DNA of 64,000 bases from Marsupella aquatica (Eukaryota > Plantae > Marchantiophyta): positions 16,954,463 to 17,018,462 of the forward strand of contig OZ316894.1 in NCBI GenBank assembly GCA_973895155.1, in the 5' to 3' direction. The stretch's first letter is position 1, and every line of letters begins with the position of its first letter. The notes under the pieces were generated by a model that ran no database searches, was not told the origin of the DNA, and saw nothing but the letters and a program-made list of their open reading frames with translations. The position numbers and the translations under genes were made by a program. This document shows, piece by piece, positions 50,440 to 64,000 of the stretch.

Positions 50440-50650
50440 TCCGGCACAACGTGTGCCATCCTCAATTGTTTCGCACATGACAAGTGCCATCCTCGATTCC
50501 TCGTTTACCCGCTCTAGTTTCCGATCCTCTTTCCAGGAAATTGAGCATGACAAGTGCCGTCTTCAATTCCTCACAACGCGCTCCAGTTTCCCCATCCTCT
50601 TTCCAGGCAATTGAACTTGACAAGTGCCATCCTCAGGTCCTCGTAATGTG
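50440..50650. repeat. Degenerate ~70-bp repeat upstream of the ATP-grasp gene
   Basis: GACAAGTGCC(A/G)TC(C/T)TC recurs at ~50479, 50549 and 50619, with CGCTC.AGTTTCC.ATCCTCTTTCCAGG in the first two units. Confidence 0.75.
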
Positions 50651-51009
50651 ATCTCTGATCCTTCATCGAGGAACGGAGATGACATGGAGCATCGAGAACT
50701 TGTACACATGGCGACAAAAGCGTGGACTTGAATCTGTCGGCCGCACTTTTCTCGTTGTCGAATTTTCCGGGTACACATTGTGCACCTGCCCAGAAAATCC
50801 CAGTTCCCACATACCTCCGGTTTTTCTTTAGGAGTTTGGTATTTTGCCATCCGGAGAGTGTCATCAAGAGCTCATGATTGTGCAGAACTAAATGACGGAT
50901 TGTGGGCAAAGCTGTTGTGGACGGAAGCTTCTCGTGGTAGTCGCAATAGGGCGTCTCAAATTTGGGCTTTGGGCCGAAGTTATTGATTTATGGTCCAACC
51001 CTGATCTCT

Positions 51010-51380
51010 GGTTATGGGACCTAGACCATTTTAGAAAACAAGGGGAGGTAGTATTGACCAAAAGGCAGGGGTTCTGGCCAATAAACCATTTCAAAGAAGG
51101 GGAAGTACAGTAGCATGAATGGTTGTGGGATCCAGTTCAGTTTAGAAAACAAGGGGAGGTACATAAGGCAGGGGTTTTTAAAGATGGGGAAGTAGCATTG
51201 ATGATTATGGGACCCAACTAACCATTTCAATAAACCAGGGGAGGTTGCATTGACTTGCCCCTGTAGGCAGGGGCTGACACGGGTTATGGCCAGTTAACCA
51301 ATATAAAAAAAAGGGAAGTAACATTGACCTACCCCATAAGGCAGAGGGTATAGGTCCCATAACCATTTTAAAACGAAGCA
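51010..51380. repeat. Degenerate tandem repeat
   Basis: Recurrent AACCATTT, AAAACAAGGGGAGGTA, GGGGAAGTA and AGGCAGGGG blocks. Confidence 0.65.
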
Positions 51381-52179
51381 TGTGCCCGATTGACACATCA
51401 GGCCCAGAGCTCACTTGCCTTCAAGTGCAGATTTCCCAATTTGTGCCAGAAGTTACAAGAAAATGATGAAGGTTCTTGGTTTGGTGTTGAGTCCTTATGG
51501 GAGCCAAAGATGACTCCCATAACTTCTGTGCAAGTCCCCATCACTTACAATAAGATGTTAGCCTAGTATCGTCAAGTTTTGAGATGCCTTCATTAAGAAA
51601 ACCTCGTTTCAGGGAGATCACACTACCAATGGGCAGTGACCCAATAAAGGGGAGGAAGACACAATTCCACTGGGAGAGGCCCAAGGAAGGACAGGAAACC
51701 AGCAGCTTTCCAAAAACAACGTGTTCAAGGAAAAGGTTTTAGGGTTTTATAAAAATTAAAAAAAAGGAAGGAGAGGAAAACTTCATGTAGATCAAAGAGC
51801 CAAAAAGCCCAAGAATCCCTTGAATTCAAATGTTTGATATGGTTTGCAACTTATCCTTGCAATAGGATGCTCCAATGGAACTCAAGGTTTACTAGTATGC
51901 TTGGACAGACTTTGTAACAGGGCAACAATGTCCAAACTTCAACTTAAAAATTTTCTTGGAAAGCACATCTTATACTAGAAGCATCTTTCTCCAATCCTGA
52001 GGGTTTTGATTATAGAATATTTTAGGTACCTACTGGGACAGGTACCCATTTTTAAAGTCAACAGTATATAGCAATCTGGCTACCTCAAAAGCACTCTCAG
52101 CCCTCATTGGATAATTTTCCTGGCGACAGTCCATTAAAATCTTGAGAACCCAGCAACTAACCCTCTATTGCATAATCCC

Positions 52180-52405
52180 TTACAGATTTTAATTACTTTG
52201 TCACTAAAGATGTTCTAATTCATAATACTGTCATTGTTCTTTTTGTATTTATAAAAATGCCAGGGTTTTGTATACAGATGACAAGTTTACCAAAGTAACC
52301 AAGGAAACTACATACTGAAATTGTTGTATTTTTGTAAATACAAAAAAATAGTGGTAGTATTGTGAATTCAACCATCTTTAATGGCAATGTACTTAAAAGG
52401 TGTAA
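52180..52405. mobile_element. AT-rich foldback MITE with ~80-bp inverted arms
   Basis: TTACAGATTTTAATTACTTTGTCACTAAAGATG...TTTTTGTATTTATAAAAAT pairs imperfectly with ATTTTTGTAAATACAAAAA...CATCTTTAATGGCAATGTACTTAAAAGGTGTAA. Confidence 0.7.
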
Positions 52406-52551
52406 TCTCTTATCTAGTAACCAAAAACCTGAAAACCCAATAGCATATAGTGAATGGGTTGGACCTGAACTTTTGCATTTTGTTTACTCAGTTTAGTCTG
52501 GTGAAACACTTCTTACAACCCAATAGTGTTGGACGTGGTGTTGGAGATGCT

Positions 52552-52713
52552 CTTAAAACCGCCACTAGCCATGACAAAAACCTGGATCCACCAGGTTTTA
52601 CCATTAATAGTCATTTTCCTGAATTTATGGAGCAAGCTCAGGAGTGAAGTGGATATGGAAAAAGAAGGAAATGTTGGACACTTCCCTTTATATATGGCTA
52701 GTGGCGGCTTAAG
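52552..52713 (+). mobile_element. Tourist-like MITE, family B
   Basis: TIR CTTAAAACCGCCACTAGCCAT and ATGGCTAGTGGCGGCTTAAG. It abuts a PIF/Tourist-type end, TTGGAGATGCTCTTA (52541-52555). Confidence 0.7.
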
Positions 52714-54825
52714 ATTAGAAAGCCTGACTGCCCGAGGATTGCTCAGGCCCACTGTTGTTTCCCCACCCCTTGCCTCACCCCAAAAACTTTCCACTGCCAA
52801 GAGTCATAACCTAGAGGCTTCACTCTAGACCATAGGCTCCATAGTGTAGCTTTCTATCGCAAAACTATTAGTAAGATTTGTAGACTGAAATGTAAATGAT
52901 GAGTGTGGATTATCATCTTTTGAGTTGGACTTCTCCTTGACAGTCCTACAACTCAAGACCCACTTTGCTAATTAAAAAGGAGTTTGGGAAATCATTTTGC
53001 CAAATCCAAAGACATTTGAAAACATTATGAGTGCCAAAGGCAAGAGATTTCAATATGTCCTCAACTCGGTTAGGGAGCTATGATGTAAATACAGGCTAGA
53101 AATGGACACTTGGAAGGATTCAATGAGAAGCCAAAGCCTATATTTGGTTGCATGCTTAGAAGTGGAGTGAATGTAAGTCATACAGGTATGTGATTAGAGT
53201 GGACTAAGCAGGCCCTTGAAGCACAGCGTTTCTTTGACTTGCTATGTTTATAACTAAAATGGGCATAATTCCTACATGTATGAACCACTGTGGGCCTATA
53301 TTGGTCTAGCTGAGTGCAAGGCCAGTAACCCAAAGGTCTGTGGTTCTTTCCCAATGGCATCTGTGTCTTTCACTTCCATCATAGATTAGGATTGTTATTA
53401 ATCCACAGGACTTATTTAGCATTGTATTCTTATGATATGGTACTCAGCAAGGCATGCCAAAGTTGTCCCTGCCCATCTTGAGCTCTATTTCTGATCTTGC
53501 ATCATGCATAGCCTGCTGGGTGGTCTTGAATGGACCTCTTCAAGGACCCCCATGTTTGACACTTCAATGCTAAGTAAAGCTTTCATTTTGAGGAAAGAAT
53601 AATTAAATCATATATGTGTGGGATACAAATTTAGGCCCTTGATGGTGGTGGGCTTGGTTTGCCAAGTTTCTTTATGGTAGTTGATTGGTTTTATCATATT
53701 AATGTGTATTTTTTATTTACACGCTAGGTCATAACCCAGAGTGCTTTTAAGATTTACCAACTACACTGACCCAAGGTAGAGCATAATTATGGTATTTGCC
53801 AGATGACCCCACCCGGGATAGTTGCAGCTCGCCACCACGTCCAACTACCTTAGTGCTTGGTTGTGCTTGGTTACATTGCGCACCAACAGCAAACAACAGG
53901 TATTTTGAGTGGTAAAAATATGGCCAGTGCCTTGTGCAAGAAAGAAAAAGGTGATTGTGTAAATAGTAATGCTACAAGACAAAGGAATACAAACTCTACT
54001 GCATTAGTGCAACTGGTTTTGATTTTTTTGGTAGTTGAGCTATTTAGAAAACCTCCTGGAAAATTGAATCACACACTTACTCTAGAGTGTCTACAATCAC
54101 TACTGTAACTTTGACTCTACAGTACTTTGTGAATCACTTACAGTTGGCTCTCTCTAAGTGCACACTCCCGAGAATAAGCTTTTGATATGCACTTATGTAG
54201 GGTTTGTGCTGTCATCAGTGCAAAAACTTGGAATTTGCATGCATCAATAAGAGTGCACAGGTGCCTTGACATGCAATGGGCCTTCTGTTAGTTGGCATTC
54301 TCTTGACCTTCTTCCTGGCTTGTACATCTTTGCCCTAAATGAGATCCCCTACCCAGAAGTGCAAAATGTTTGCTCTACCTAGAAATGACATGTGCTTATT
54401 GTAACTGTAAGTCAAGGAATAGTGTGATTTGCCTCACTTATACAGGGTTTCACTCACACGGGTGCGTTCAGTGCAGCCTCATTGAACTATCAAAAAATGC
54501 AAAAAGATTTCAAAATGGTTGGCGAAGTAATGGATGGAACTGCCTTGCAATTATCCAAGTTTGCACTAATGGAGTGTGCAGTTATCAAGAGCTGACTGCA
54601 ACCTGGCTGGGCCACAATGCCCTTAGGTTTTGCACGTTCTCAAATCCCCATCTCTTACTCATAAGGGTTCATAACACTTATGGAGGGTTTACGCTCTTAT
54701 ATTTGCATTTAGTGCAGCCCAAATAAGTGGAAATGGTCGGGAAACACAAGGGATAACGGGACGCCTTGCAATTGTCCAAGATTTGCTGCACTTATAGAGA
54801 GCTCACTGTAACCTGCGAAACGCTT

Positions 54826-54878
54826 TTAGGGTTTACAGGGTCCCCAACTCCGCAGCCGCGAAACTGTCCAAACCCTAG
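54826..54878 (+). promoter_or_regulatory. Telo-box elements in the RPS26 promoter
   Basis: TTAGGGTTT (54826-54834) and AAACCCTAG (54870-54878) lie just upstream of a pyrimidine-rich leader. Telo-boxes are typical of plant ribosomal-protein genes. Confidence 0.6.
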
Positions 54879-55043
54879 AGCCTCTCGCTCACTGCGCACA
54901 CACAGCGTCTTGACGCGATCGAGGTTCTCTCTCCTCCTCTTTGGTTTCGCTCGTTGCCCACCTCGAGGAGCACCAAGAGAAGCGTATCGAGGACATCAGG
55001 CTGTCGAGCTCAATTCGCTGCTGCTGTAGCGGAATCGGCAATC

Positions 55044-55822
55044 ATGACGGTAAAGCGCAGAAACGGAGGTCGCAACAAGCATGGCCGCGGTCATGTCAAC
55101 CCCATCCGCTGCTCCAACTGCGGTCGCTGCGTCCCCAAGGTTTGGATTCGATTCGTCCCGTCCTTACCCGTTCTTGTGCGCTTCTGTGGTTGTGAGGTAT
55201 GTCGTATTTCGTCGAGTTGAGAATGCGAGTGGGGGGACTGGAATGAACACTCTTGGAACGGCCATAGAAACCGTGTGATGTTTACACAGGGAAAGGGGGC
55301 TGTGTGATGGCGTGTGCAGGATAAGGCTGTGAAGCGGTTTTTGGTTCGTAACATTGTGGAACAAGCGGCAGTCAGAGATGTGCAGGAGGCTTGCGTCTAT
55401 GACGGTACTACATCCTTGATTTCGTCTCCCCTTACGTCTATTACCCTTGAGATTGAATTCTGGAGCGTTTCTACCCAAATTTTCACCCTATGCCTGTGGG
55501 TTTGTTTCCAGGATATACTCTGCCCAAGCTTTACGCTAAGATGCAGTACTGCGTTTCCTGTGCCATTCATTCTCACGTAGTTCGTGTGAGATCTCGCGAA
55601 GCACGCCGCATCCGTGAGCCCCCTCAGCGGTTCCGCCGCAAGGTAAGTTTCCACTTGGATGACTCCCAAATTGCGTAGCCGTACTGACATTGACGTAGAT
55701 TGCTCTTCAGAGTTTACTTCAGCACATCTTGACGATCGGCATTTGTTTTGGTGAAACAGGATGACACACCTGCCCGCCCAGCTCCAGGAGCTAAACCTGG
55801 AGGTCAAACCGGCGGTCGATGA
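55044..55822 (+). CDS. RPS26: 40S ribosomal protein S26 (eS26), 4 exons, 124 aa
   Basis: Exons 55044-55139, 55320-55404, 55512-55642 and 55760-55822: [53 protein letters not shown]...[43 protein letters not shown]. Confidence 0.97.
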
Positions 55823-57469
55823 AGTTGAAGATTAATTTTGTAGACCAGAAGGCCATCAGGGTCGTTTATTTTAGGTCACGGTTGTGGTCGAAGTCGGAGT
55901 CGAAAGACTATCATTGGAGGTGGTGATATAGGCAGCATCCAGTGCGTAGTGGTATTTCACCAAAGTCTAGCCTTCGTCACGGTGTCCCCCGGATTGATAA
56001 AAACGCGTTCTATTACGGAATCTAAGTTTGGTCTTGTTCTGATGCATGGCCTTTTCGCCCTAGTTCGGGGATTTTGAATTGAGAAGGAGTTCATCCTTGC
56101 ATGCACAGGATGAAACGCTTGGCTGCAGGTGGACCATCAGACAGGATTTAGTCCTACGAAACTCCGATGTTGCCTGAATTTAAGACATGGTTGATTCGTG
56201 ATGTTGAATGGACACCATCAGTGGCTAATTTATCTTCGCGCATAGTTCATATATTTGTTTAGGATCAATGCACGTGGAAAAGTGTGCTCGAGTTATGGGA
56301 AGATTTTCACTACAATCAGCAGCTATCAATGGACAGAGATCTGTTTTTACTTCACTTCGGCCCAACAGGTATACGATGCGCTCGATTTGTTATCCGAACT
56401 TGGTTGCAACTCACTCAATGAAAACTTCCTGAATTCGCTGAGTGATTAGGCAAGTATTGTATGTGAATAGTTTCCAACCATTCAGGCCAGCGTTACTGTT
56501 GGTTGTTGGATCAAGATCTACATGATTCTCTGCTGCCACTTTCTTTAATGATTCTAAATTTGAGGGCCGATTCTCACTGTTCCGAAAGGCTCTCCAGTTC
56601 AGCAGTTCGCCTGCGCGTCTCACCTTTACTTCCCTATGAAGGGTGGTGTTATATATACCTGGAAAATGTTCATTTCCAATCTCTGCCGCGCAATCAAAGT
56701 TTGTTTGACCGAAGTTGTAAATTTGCGAACTTATTCAAAGACCCGTTTCATCCCGCAGATGCATAATTCTCTATGTTCGTAAATCTGGATTGAGTGTGGC
56801 CATTCCTTAGGTTCAGACAAACCGTTTCATGTGTATAACCTCAGGTCAAAAGCACTCTGCTCTCTGATTTTGGGGTTTGTTTAGTACCTGTAGTCCTAGG
56901 GAGATATACTGGCGTGGTTGCTGGGGTTTTCCAGGAAGAGCAGTTGCGCAGACTACTTATGGATTGCATGGCCTACATCTCCAGAGTAGTGTGCTTCTGC
57001 ATACACTGGCTTAAGAATGTCGACATTCCAAAGTTTTCTTTGGAATTTACGTAACACTCGTGAAGAAGTGTCGACACAAGTCCAAATTTCATAAACTGTG
57101 GAAACCGCTCCTGTTAACTCAAATAAACTATATGGGGAGGCTCTAAAAAATTGATCAATCCTGCAATCAACCGTCCTGCAGGTAAGTCACGAAACGGAGG
57201 GGCGGTTTAGCAATGAGCTCGAGTAGGTACGATCACCCCCTCACACAGGTAAGTCGTGAAACTGAGGGTGCCTTAGCAAAGAGCTCGAGTGGCCACGCAA
57301 AGATCGCTCTAAGCTGCCAATGCCATGACCAGTGACCGCAGACATGTTATTGCGAGTCACGCAGCTGCCATGGCCTGCACCGCTGCCCCAACACTATTGA
57401 TATTCTGGTCCTCTTGTTTGTTGTCAACAACGAGAGAATTTTGGCATTTCATCTGACTCAATTCTGTTT

Positions 57470-57608
57470 TTAATCCACCACTGGGTCACATAATTGGAGA
57501 CTTCTCCCTTTTTCACATTTCTCTCCTCTACCATGAGACTTTGCTCCACAATTTCAGGTGAAACCTGGTGGATCCATCCAGGTTTTGTCATGGACAGTGG
57601 CGCTTGAA
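57470..57608 (-). mobile_element. Tourist-like MITE, family B, diverged inverted copy
   Basis: The reverse complement shares GCCACT.CCATGACAAAA(A)CCTGGAT..CCACCAGGTTT and CCTGAA.TT.TGGAGCAA with 52552-52713. Confidence 0.6.
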
Positions 57609-59595
57609 TTACAAATATGAGCTCAGTCGAACAGAGTCAAACAAAGAATTAGAATGCATCAAGCAACAGTGATGTCTAGTTATATCACACTTATCTGTCT
57701 TAGGTAAATATAGGAGCTCAGTTGAACAAAGATTTAATCCACACTTCTCAGTCTCGGCGTCACAGAGCTTCCATTTCTATCCTTCTCCAGTCCACCATTG
57801 TCAGGTGCTCCTCACTTGCACTCAGCTCCACCTCTCTTACAGCAAGAAGTACTGTAGGTCTCGTTCACCAAATTGTCTAGTTTGAACTCAGGCTGAAGCA
57901 CCTCCTGGAGGCCTTGTTGCAGTTTGAGCATGTATTCTAAGTGTGAGTCATGTGAATTGTTGACACTGAGTTCTAATGTTACCTCACCCTGAATTCAAGT
58001 GAAACTAATGGTAGACTGACCCAGGATTGACTACCTTACTGAAAACTCTACTGATAACAAAAAGTGTATTAGACAAGAGCTAGAATTAGAGCTAGAGAAC
58101 CACAGGTTTGTTTACCTTATGTTGGTGCCTTTCAGCAAATTTCCAGCTGGTAAAATGAGCACTGAACAACGTTGTACGTTTCCTTCACCTGTGCAGGACA
58201 GCCTCACCATTCATGGATTCCTCTTGAGCTTTGAGCTTATCAAGTCTTCCACCTAGATCAAGTATCATTCTTCGCTAATGATCTCTGAACTGACCAAGCA
58301 GCCAAGACCAAAAGTGACACATCAATTCCCAGCCCCGCCCACCAGCTTCCAATTAGGATTGGGAAGACTCAAAGCAGAATTTCACATACTTCGGTGACAT
58401 CAAATTTGTCCACTTTTAATGGTTCTCATTGATTTGAAAGTTCTAAACTGCCCCTTCAGACTTTTAATTTAAACAAGGGTACAAGGGCCCAAATGCATTA
58501 AACCAGAACTCTCCAAAGGGATAGAAGTAGTACAGGGCCAAGTCTCTGCAGTAGAATGGGGACCGAAGAGACAAAGAGTAGAACCTCCTACAACGAGGTT
58601 AACACCAATGGAACCTGAGAGTAATCAGGTTGGTTATTAAAAATAAATAAATTTAAACAAAATAATTTCAGGATGGTTACTAGTGATGGCCACTAGGGCC
58701 CGAGTTTGATCAAAAATAGAACGATCAGCATCTCTAACTGGGGATCTTTAACAGTAGTTCAAACTATTTGAGTTCACACGATTTGAAGTTGGGGAATGTT
58801 ACTCTAAATTAAGATTCGTACTAAAATTCAAGGCATGAGTTCTTTCATCATATTACAAACTATGATACTCGATAGAATGTTCAGCCTTGCTTTCAGATTT
58901 ACTCACCCTCATCAGAGCTACAATGGGCATCCTCAAATAATTAGAAAGGGCCGATCCCATGCTCATCATTGAATCAGTTTCTCCAAATTCTCTTGTTCAG
59001 CTTTCTGGAGCTTTGTGACTCTTCAAACAAAGTGCTCTCAGTGTGCATCTGACCCTGATCTTTTGCTTACATCTTACTCCTTCCACAATTTAAAGACAAC
59101 TATAAAATAGAGTGAAAACACACCAAACAGTGTGACAACACATAAGTAGTGCAACACAGTACACAGTCTTGAATTGGTGTGACCCCACCTAACTTAGTAA
59201 GACTTCAATACTTGTAGTCTGTTCGTGTTGTGAGGAAAAACGTACTCACAGTACCTGCTTTACTAGCAAACCCAGGCCCTAGCTAGCCAAAACTTGGTTT
59301 CAAACATCTTAACTTTTGTGTCATTTTTTAAGAAAAACAATTTTGAGACTCCTCTTTTGGGCAGCAAACTCCCTAGTTTTAGAAATGCAAAAGTCAGCCT
59401 AAATTAAAAGGTATTACGCAACTAGATTCTATTGTTTGTGACCAATATTGCTAATGTGGCTCAACGTGGAGTGAGGGATATTGGAACAAGCTTCCCATGG
59501 GGATCATAAAAGTTACTTTCTATGACTTGCTAGCAAAAATCATTGTCTGCTCAGATCATACAATATCTAGTGAGAGATGAAGCTAGGAAATATTG

Positions 59596-60105
59596 TGCTG
59601 AAATGGTCACCAGAAGTGATCTACAGTCAAGACCAGCCAGCAGTCTCAAAGCAATGGCTCTGATGACATCTCAGTCTAGACTTGTCAAAGTACACTCATC
59701 CTTGTAAAGCCCCTTTAAAGAAGTACTGCTCATTCTTGTATATCCCCCTCAGATATCATTCTAGTGCTGAAATGGTCATCTGAGCCATTATTTTAAGACT
59801 CCTGCCCATTCTGAGGGAGATATACAAGAATGGGCAGGAGTCTTAAAGTAATTGCTCAGATGACATATCTCAGTCTACACTTGTCAGAGTATGCTCGTCC
59901 TTGTAAAGCCCCTTAATTAAGTACTGCTTGTTCTTGTAACTCCACCTAAGTATCATTCTTCTACAGCTGGTTCTTGTCAATCCCCCTAAGTATCTTTCTT
60001 CTAACACTTGTTCTTGTAATACCCCCTAAGTAGTCCCTCTAATGAAGTACAGCTCGTTCTTGTAAATTCACCTAGTGTCATTCTTGTAAAATCTTCCCTA
60101 AGTAG
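59596..60105. repeat. Compound tandem duplication/minisatellite containing a 38-bp near-perfect hairpin (59775-59864)
   Basis: Duplicated GTGCTGAAATGGTCA...TCTCAGTCTA.ACTTGTCA...CCTTGTAAAGCCCC, followed by several TTCTTGT..TCCCCCTAAGTA-type units. Confidence 0.8.
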
Positions 60106-63100
60106 CTTAAAGTGGTTGAAGCCGCTTGAAATTCAGAACAACAAAGCACGCTATCTCGAAAGAAGGTGGTGAAGGAGATGATGGCTATGGTGCAAAGAAG
60201 AACTCAATGCAGAGAACAAGGGAGGGGAGGGAGATCCGAGTAAAAGGAAATCAACGGGGCGAAACAAATTCTGGCAGGCCTTCACAAAATGTTTGTAAGC
60301 TTTACCACCTTCTCCATCTGGCTTTGTGAGCGAGAGAGTCCCACAGAGAGTTGAACAAACGAGCTGAGAGCAAAAATGCAATTTGGTTGAAAGGCGGAGG
60401 TAGCATTTTTGTGAGAGAAAATGATCCAATTTGGGGAGACAATGAAACCAAGGGGATGCAAGTGGCCTCAAGTTCACTTGCTCCACCTCGGCAAGTGCTT
60501 TAATTAGTTCATTTGACGCACTGCTCAGGAGCCCTAGTTTGGGGATCGAGAAGAGGGATGAATTTTTGATGCACAGTCTGGTGATAGAAATGAAGAGAGA
60601 ATCTGCTTTGACACCCCCTAGTCTAGTCAGGACATGAAGACGTAGCACATTGTTGGTAAATGAAAGCCTTCCATCGTCCCATCCCGGTGAGTTTGGAGGT
60701 AGTAAGAGGGGAAAGGACAGGAGGGAGGGAGAATTTGAGATTATCACATCACTGAGCTTGTCAGTTTGTCCAGCGTAATGCATTGTAGCTTACACATGCT
60801 CTCTAGTGAATCCAACTTAGAATTGGAATGATTTGAGGATGAGGTTAGAAAATCCTATGGTTCAGTTGAGGATGGTGGGGGCTTTCAGTCAAATTAGGGT
60901 TTACATTTGTACATCATGTTCTGAGTGCCATGGTTGACTCTCACCCTTGCCAAGGCAGTAAACTTTGTCCTTTGCTAGCATTTATTAGACCAAAAGCCAG
61001 CTTTGAAACTTACAGGAGCCTCAAAGGAGACATGGAACTTTGCGAACCCAAGTACAAGGATTATTCTAGACCATGTGGTAAAGGAAGGGTAGCGAATGCT
61101 GCCTTGTGGCCAAGATAAAACAAGTGGGGACGTTCAGAACAATTTCCACAGGATAAATTTGCAATTTGGTGACAATGAGGTTCACTCAAAGAACATTAGA
61201 TAAATAAAGAAGTATCTTGTAAGGCCATTTCGGATCTCTTGGCAATTGAAGTTAGACTCTCTTCACTGTCAACCTCCTGTCAAACTAAGACACACTAGCA
61301 GTACTCACTACATCATTACTTGTCTAAGGCTCTCTAAGTGAACCTATGACTCTCCTTGAGACATTGTATCATGTGCACGTACGAACAGTCAACGAAATGA
61401 AAATTCTTAAAACTTCTGACTTCAGGCTTGGAGGTAAGTTTATGAATTCTTACTTAGTTCATAGTTTGTAGTCACCAATTCATACTTGATTGAAATTAAG
61501 ATTTCAAATTTTCTGGGATACATCAGGAGAGGAAACAGGAAGTCCAGACAAGACAGAATGTTAAGAAATGACGTATATTGACAATGACGTTTAACCACCT
61601 AAGCATTTACAACATGAGAGTTTTGCTCAGAAACATCCTTTTACACGATTAGTATCAAACCTTATGGCTTGTTATGCATAGTTTTTCAATGTTCTTGTTT
61701 CATATTTGTAAGTGTGTTGGTTTTGGCATTTCTTTGCAAGAGTTCACGGACTCATGATTTTCCAGATACTCGAGCATCCAATTCGCATTTGGACAATGCA
61801 ATTTGGACGCTTCAATGTTGGGCAACATATGAATACCCCATATGCCTCAAGTGGGTCAAGTGGAAATGTGAAGGGTCAGCAAGTCGCTTTGAAGCTCAAC
61901 CCTGAATTCTACCTGTGGCGAGGTGCACCTTTTAAAGTTTTCCATGATGTTCCATCTCTGAGAAAGGTTTCTTGGATCAAGTTTTTAATGTAGGCCATAG
62001 GTCAAATGCAGTTTGATGCAAAAATATTCATTTGGAGCATCAAGTAACACCTGACTTTGGTTCAACATTCCTCATTTTAGCGCCACTTGTAGTCTAGAGA
62101 ACATCAATGATACTCTATATAGTATCCATTCCATACGCTACCAAGCCAAAATGAGGCTAGAGAGACACCAGTGCCGCTTTCTTTCTCTCTTCTTAGAGGC
62201 GGGTCTAGTATAATACATGTGTTATAATTAGTCTTGGTAAGTCAAACCTATTTATGGTTCCACAAGGAGGTTAAACTAAAATTAGTTTATTGACCCCTTG
62301 GTCATGTAAGTTTGATGTTATTCAACAACTAAGTTAGAACACATATTAAAGAATTGCATATTGAAATAGGTTTGAATATGAAGATGATAGGAAAAAATGA
62401 GTAGATTATTCATGGAAAAAGTGCATGTATAACATACCCTCTCAGGATGTTGACTATCAAAAATCTTAGGAACCATATGTCATCCAAAATATGTATTTTT
62501 GAGAGAAATTAACTAAATTTTTATAAAGCATAACAGACTAAAAAAGATATTATAAAATCATATTTATAAAATTTTCTCTAATATATATTTTTATAAAATA
62601 AAACATTTTATTATTATTGAAAATAGAGAATATTTTTGGATTTATTTTTTATAAAATAGGTCTATTCATATTAGGCTAGAATTGCAAGTGGTACCCCAAA
62701 ATATACACTTAGTTAACCCCCTCCCCCCGAGCATACCTTTGGTGCTCCTATGTCCATAGAGTTTATGCAAATCCGGATGCAAATTGCTATAGAAGGCCAA
62801 AGGGTTTTTTAATTACATTCTTTTGGTATATCTTTCTCCATAATAGTCAAAGTGTTTCTTATGTTCCCTTGGTGTTTCTTTTTCCATAGTAACCAAATGA
62901 TTTCTTATGTTGCCTTGGTAAATAGTACAATAGTTGAATAGTTTCTTTCTAACTATGGCTATTTTTCAAATTTCAATTGTTTATACAGTTACAAGGTCTA
63001 ACTGTTTCTCTTTGACTTGTTTCAAACACACATAGTCTTGTTTAGTGCTTTTGGCATAACAAACTATTCTTATTTGTGACCAATAGTGCTGATGTGGCTG

Positions 63101-64000
63101 CACGTGCTTCCAAGGATTTTGGAATAAAATTCCCATGGGGATCCGTAAAAAACTGTATAATATGCAAAATTGCTAATCAGTTGATTTTCACCAGATAGAA
63201 ATCTCATTTCTTAAGATGTACTCTCACACCATACTTCCCATTATACTAAATGTTTTTGATAATAAAAACGCAAAGTCACTAGGATGACATGTCAGGCTTG
63301 CTTTGCTTTTATGCTCAGTCTACATCTTGATTGTACTTGACTTGTAGGTGTTTCTATGGAGACACTTTTAAATGAGACAGAAGCATACACCTAGATTAGA
63401 AATTGTTGGGTACAGTGCATTCCAAAGATTGTAGAATTCAATGAATTCTATTGCAATGTAGATGAAGTGTGCATGGACAAGTCATCTATATTTTGACAAG
63501 TCATCAGTCTTGCAACCGAATCTATTAATTAGTGGCTCAAGAATTGGCATAAGTATACAATCCAACCAATTTGTATTGTGTCTGTCATATTCCTATCGTA
63601 AGCAATGTACTATATTAATTAATGTATTGGATGTGATTTTGCAGAACTTCTGACACAAGAAGTGGCGATGGCAGCAAGAAAAGCTCTGAGGACGATTTAT
63701 ATTTCTGTCATGCTTCATGGAAATATACATGAAGATAACATTTTGGTTGTGGAAAGTGGTGTTTGAACTCTTGATTTTGAGTCCCACACCACTTTCAACA
63801 ACAAGAATGTTATCGTCATGTATGTCTCCATTCAAGTTATAGGAAGTTCCCACAACCAGAATAATCCACACCAGCACCGCAGAATGTATAAGAGAGCCTG
63901 AGCAATTGGAAGACATCATCTTGAAGAACACTCCAATGAAAACATCAACTGAATTTTTTTACAAAAAGATACTATTTTTTTATTAGGTTTGTACCTTAGC

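Noticed and set aside
60151-60783. 210-aa - strand ORF and coding-like sequence around 57700-58300
   Set aside because: No recognisable domain or consistent splice structure; probably degraded TE or gene remnants that I cannot assign.
59420-63145. ~90-bp similar segments at ~59420-59505 and ~63060-63145
   Set aside because: Short diverged repeat fragments with no definable element boundaries.

Overview
Eukaryotic land-plant nuclear DNA. The GT-AG introns, long GC-rich intron-containing 5' leaders and gene content suggest a bryophyte, probably a liverwort (inference). Five intact genes were assembled by hand: a 9-exon GxSxG lipase (-), the N-terminal acetyltransferase NAA60/MCC1 (-), the bromodomain+ET protein GTE1/IMB1 (-), an intronless ATP-grasp ligase of microbial type with an organelle-presequence-like N-terminus (-), and ribosomal protein RPS26 (+). 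A sixth, unannotated 3-exon gene may encode a 65-aa secreted peptide precursor. There is also an intron-retaining plastid SecA1 pseudogene fragment and a possible decayed NLR. Intergenic DNA holds a complete 966-bp TRIM retroelement (LTRs, PBS, PPT, TSD), Helitron-like ends, two MITE families each present twice, foldback/hairpin elements and several tandem arrays (87, 104, 156, ~19-20 bp units). The strongest novelty candidates are the ATP-grasp gene (probable horizontal transfer), the secreted-peptide gene and the TRIM. All family assignments rest on recalled motifs, not database searches.
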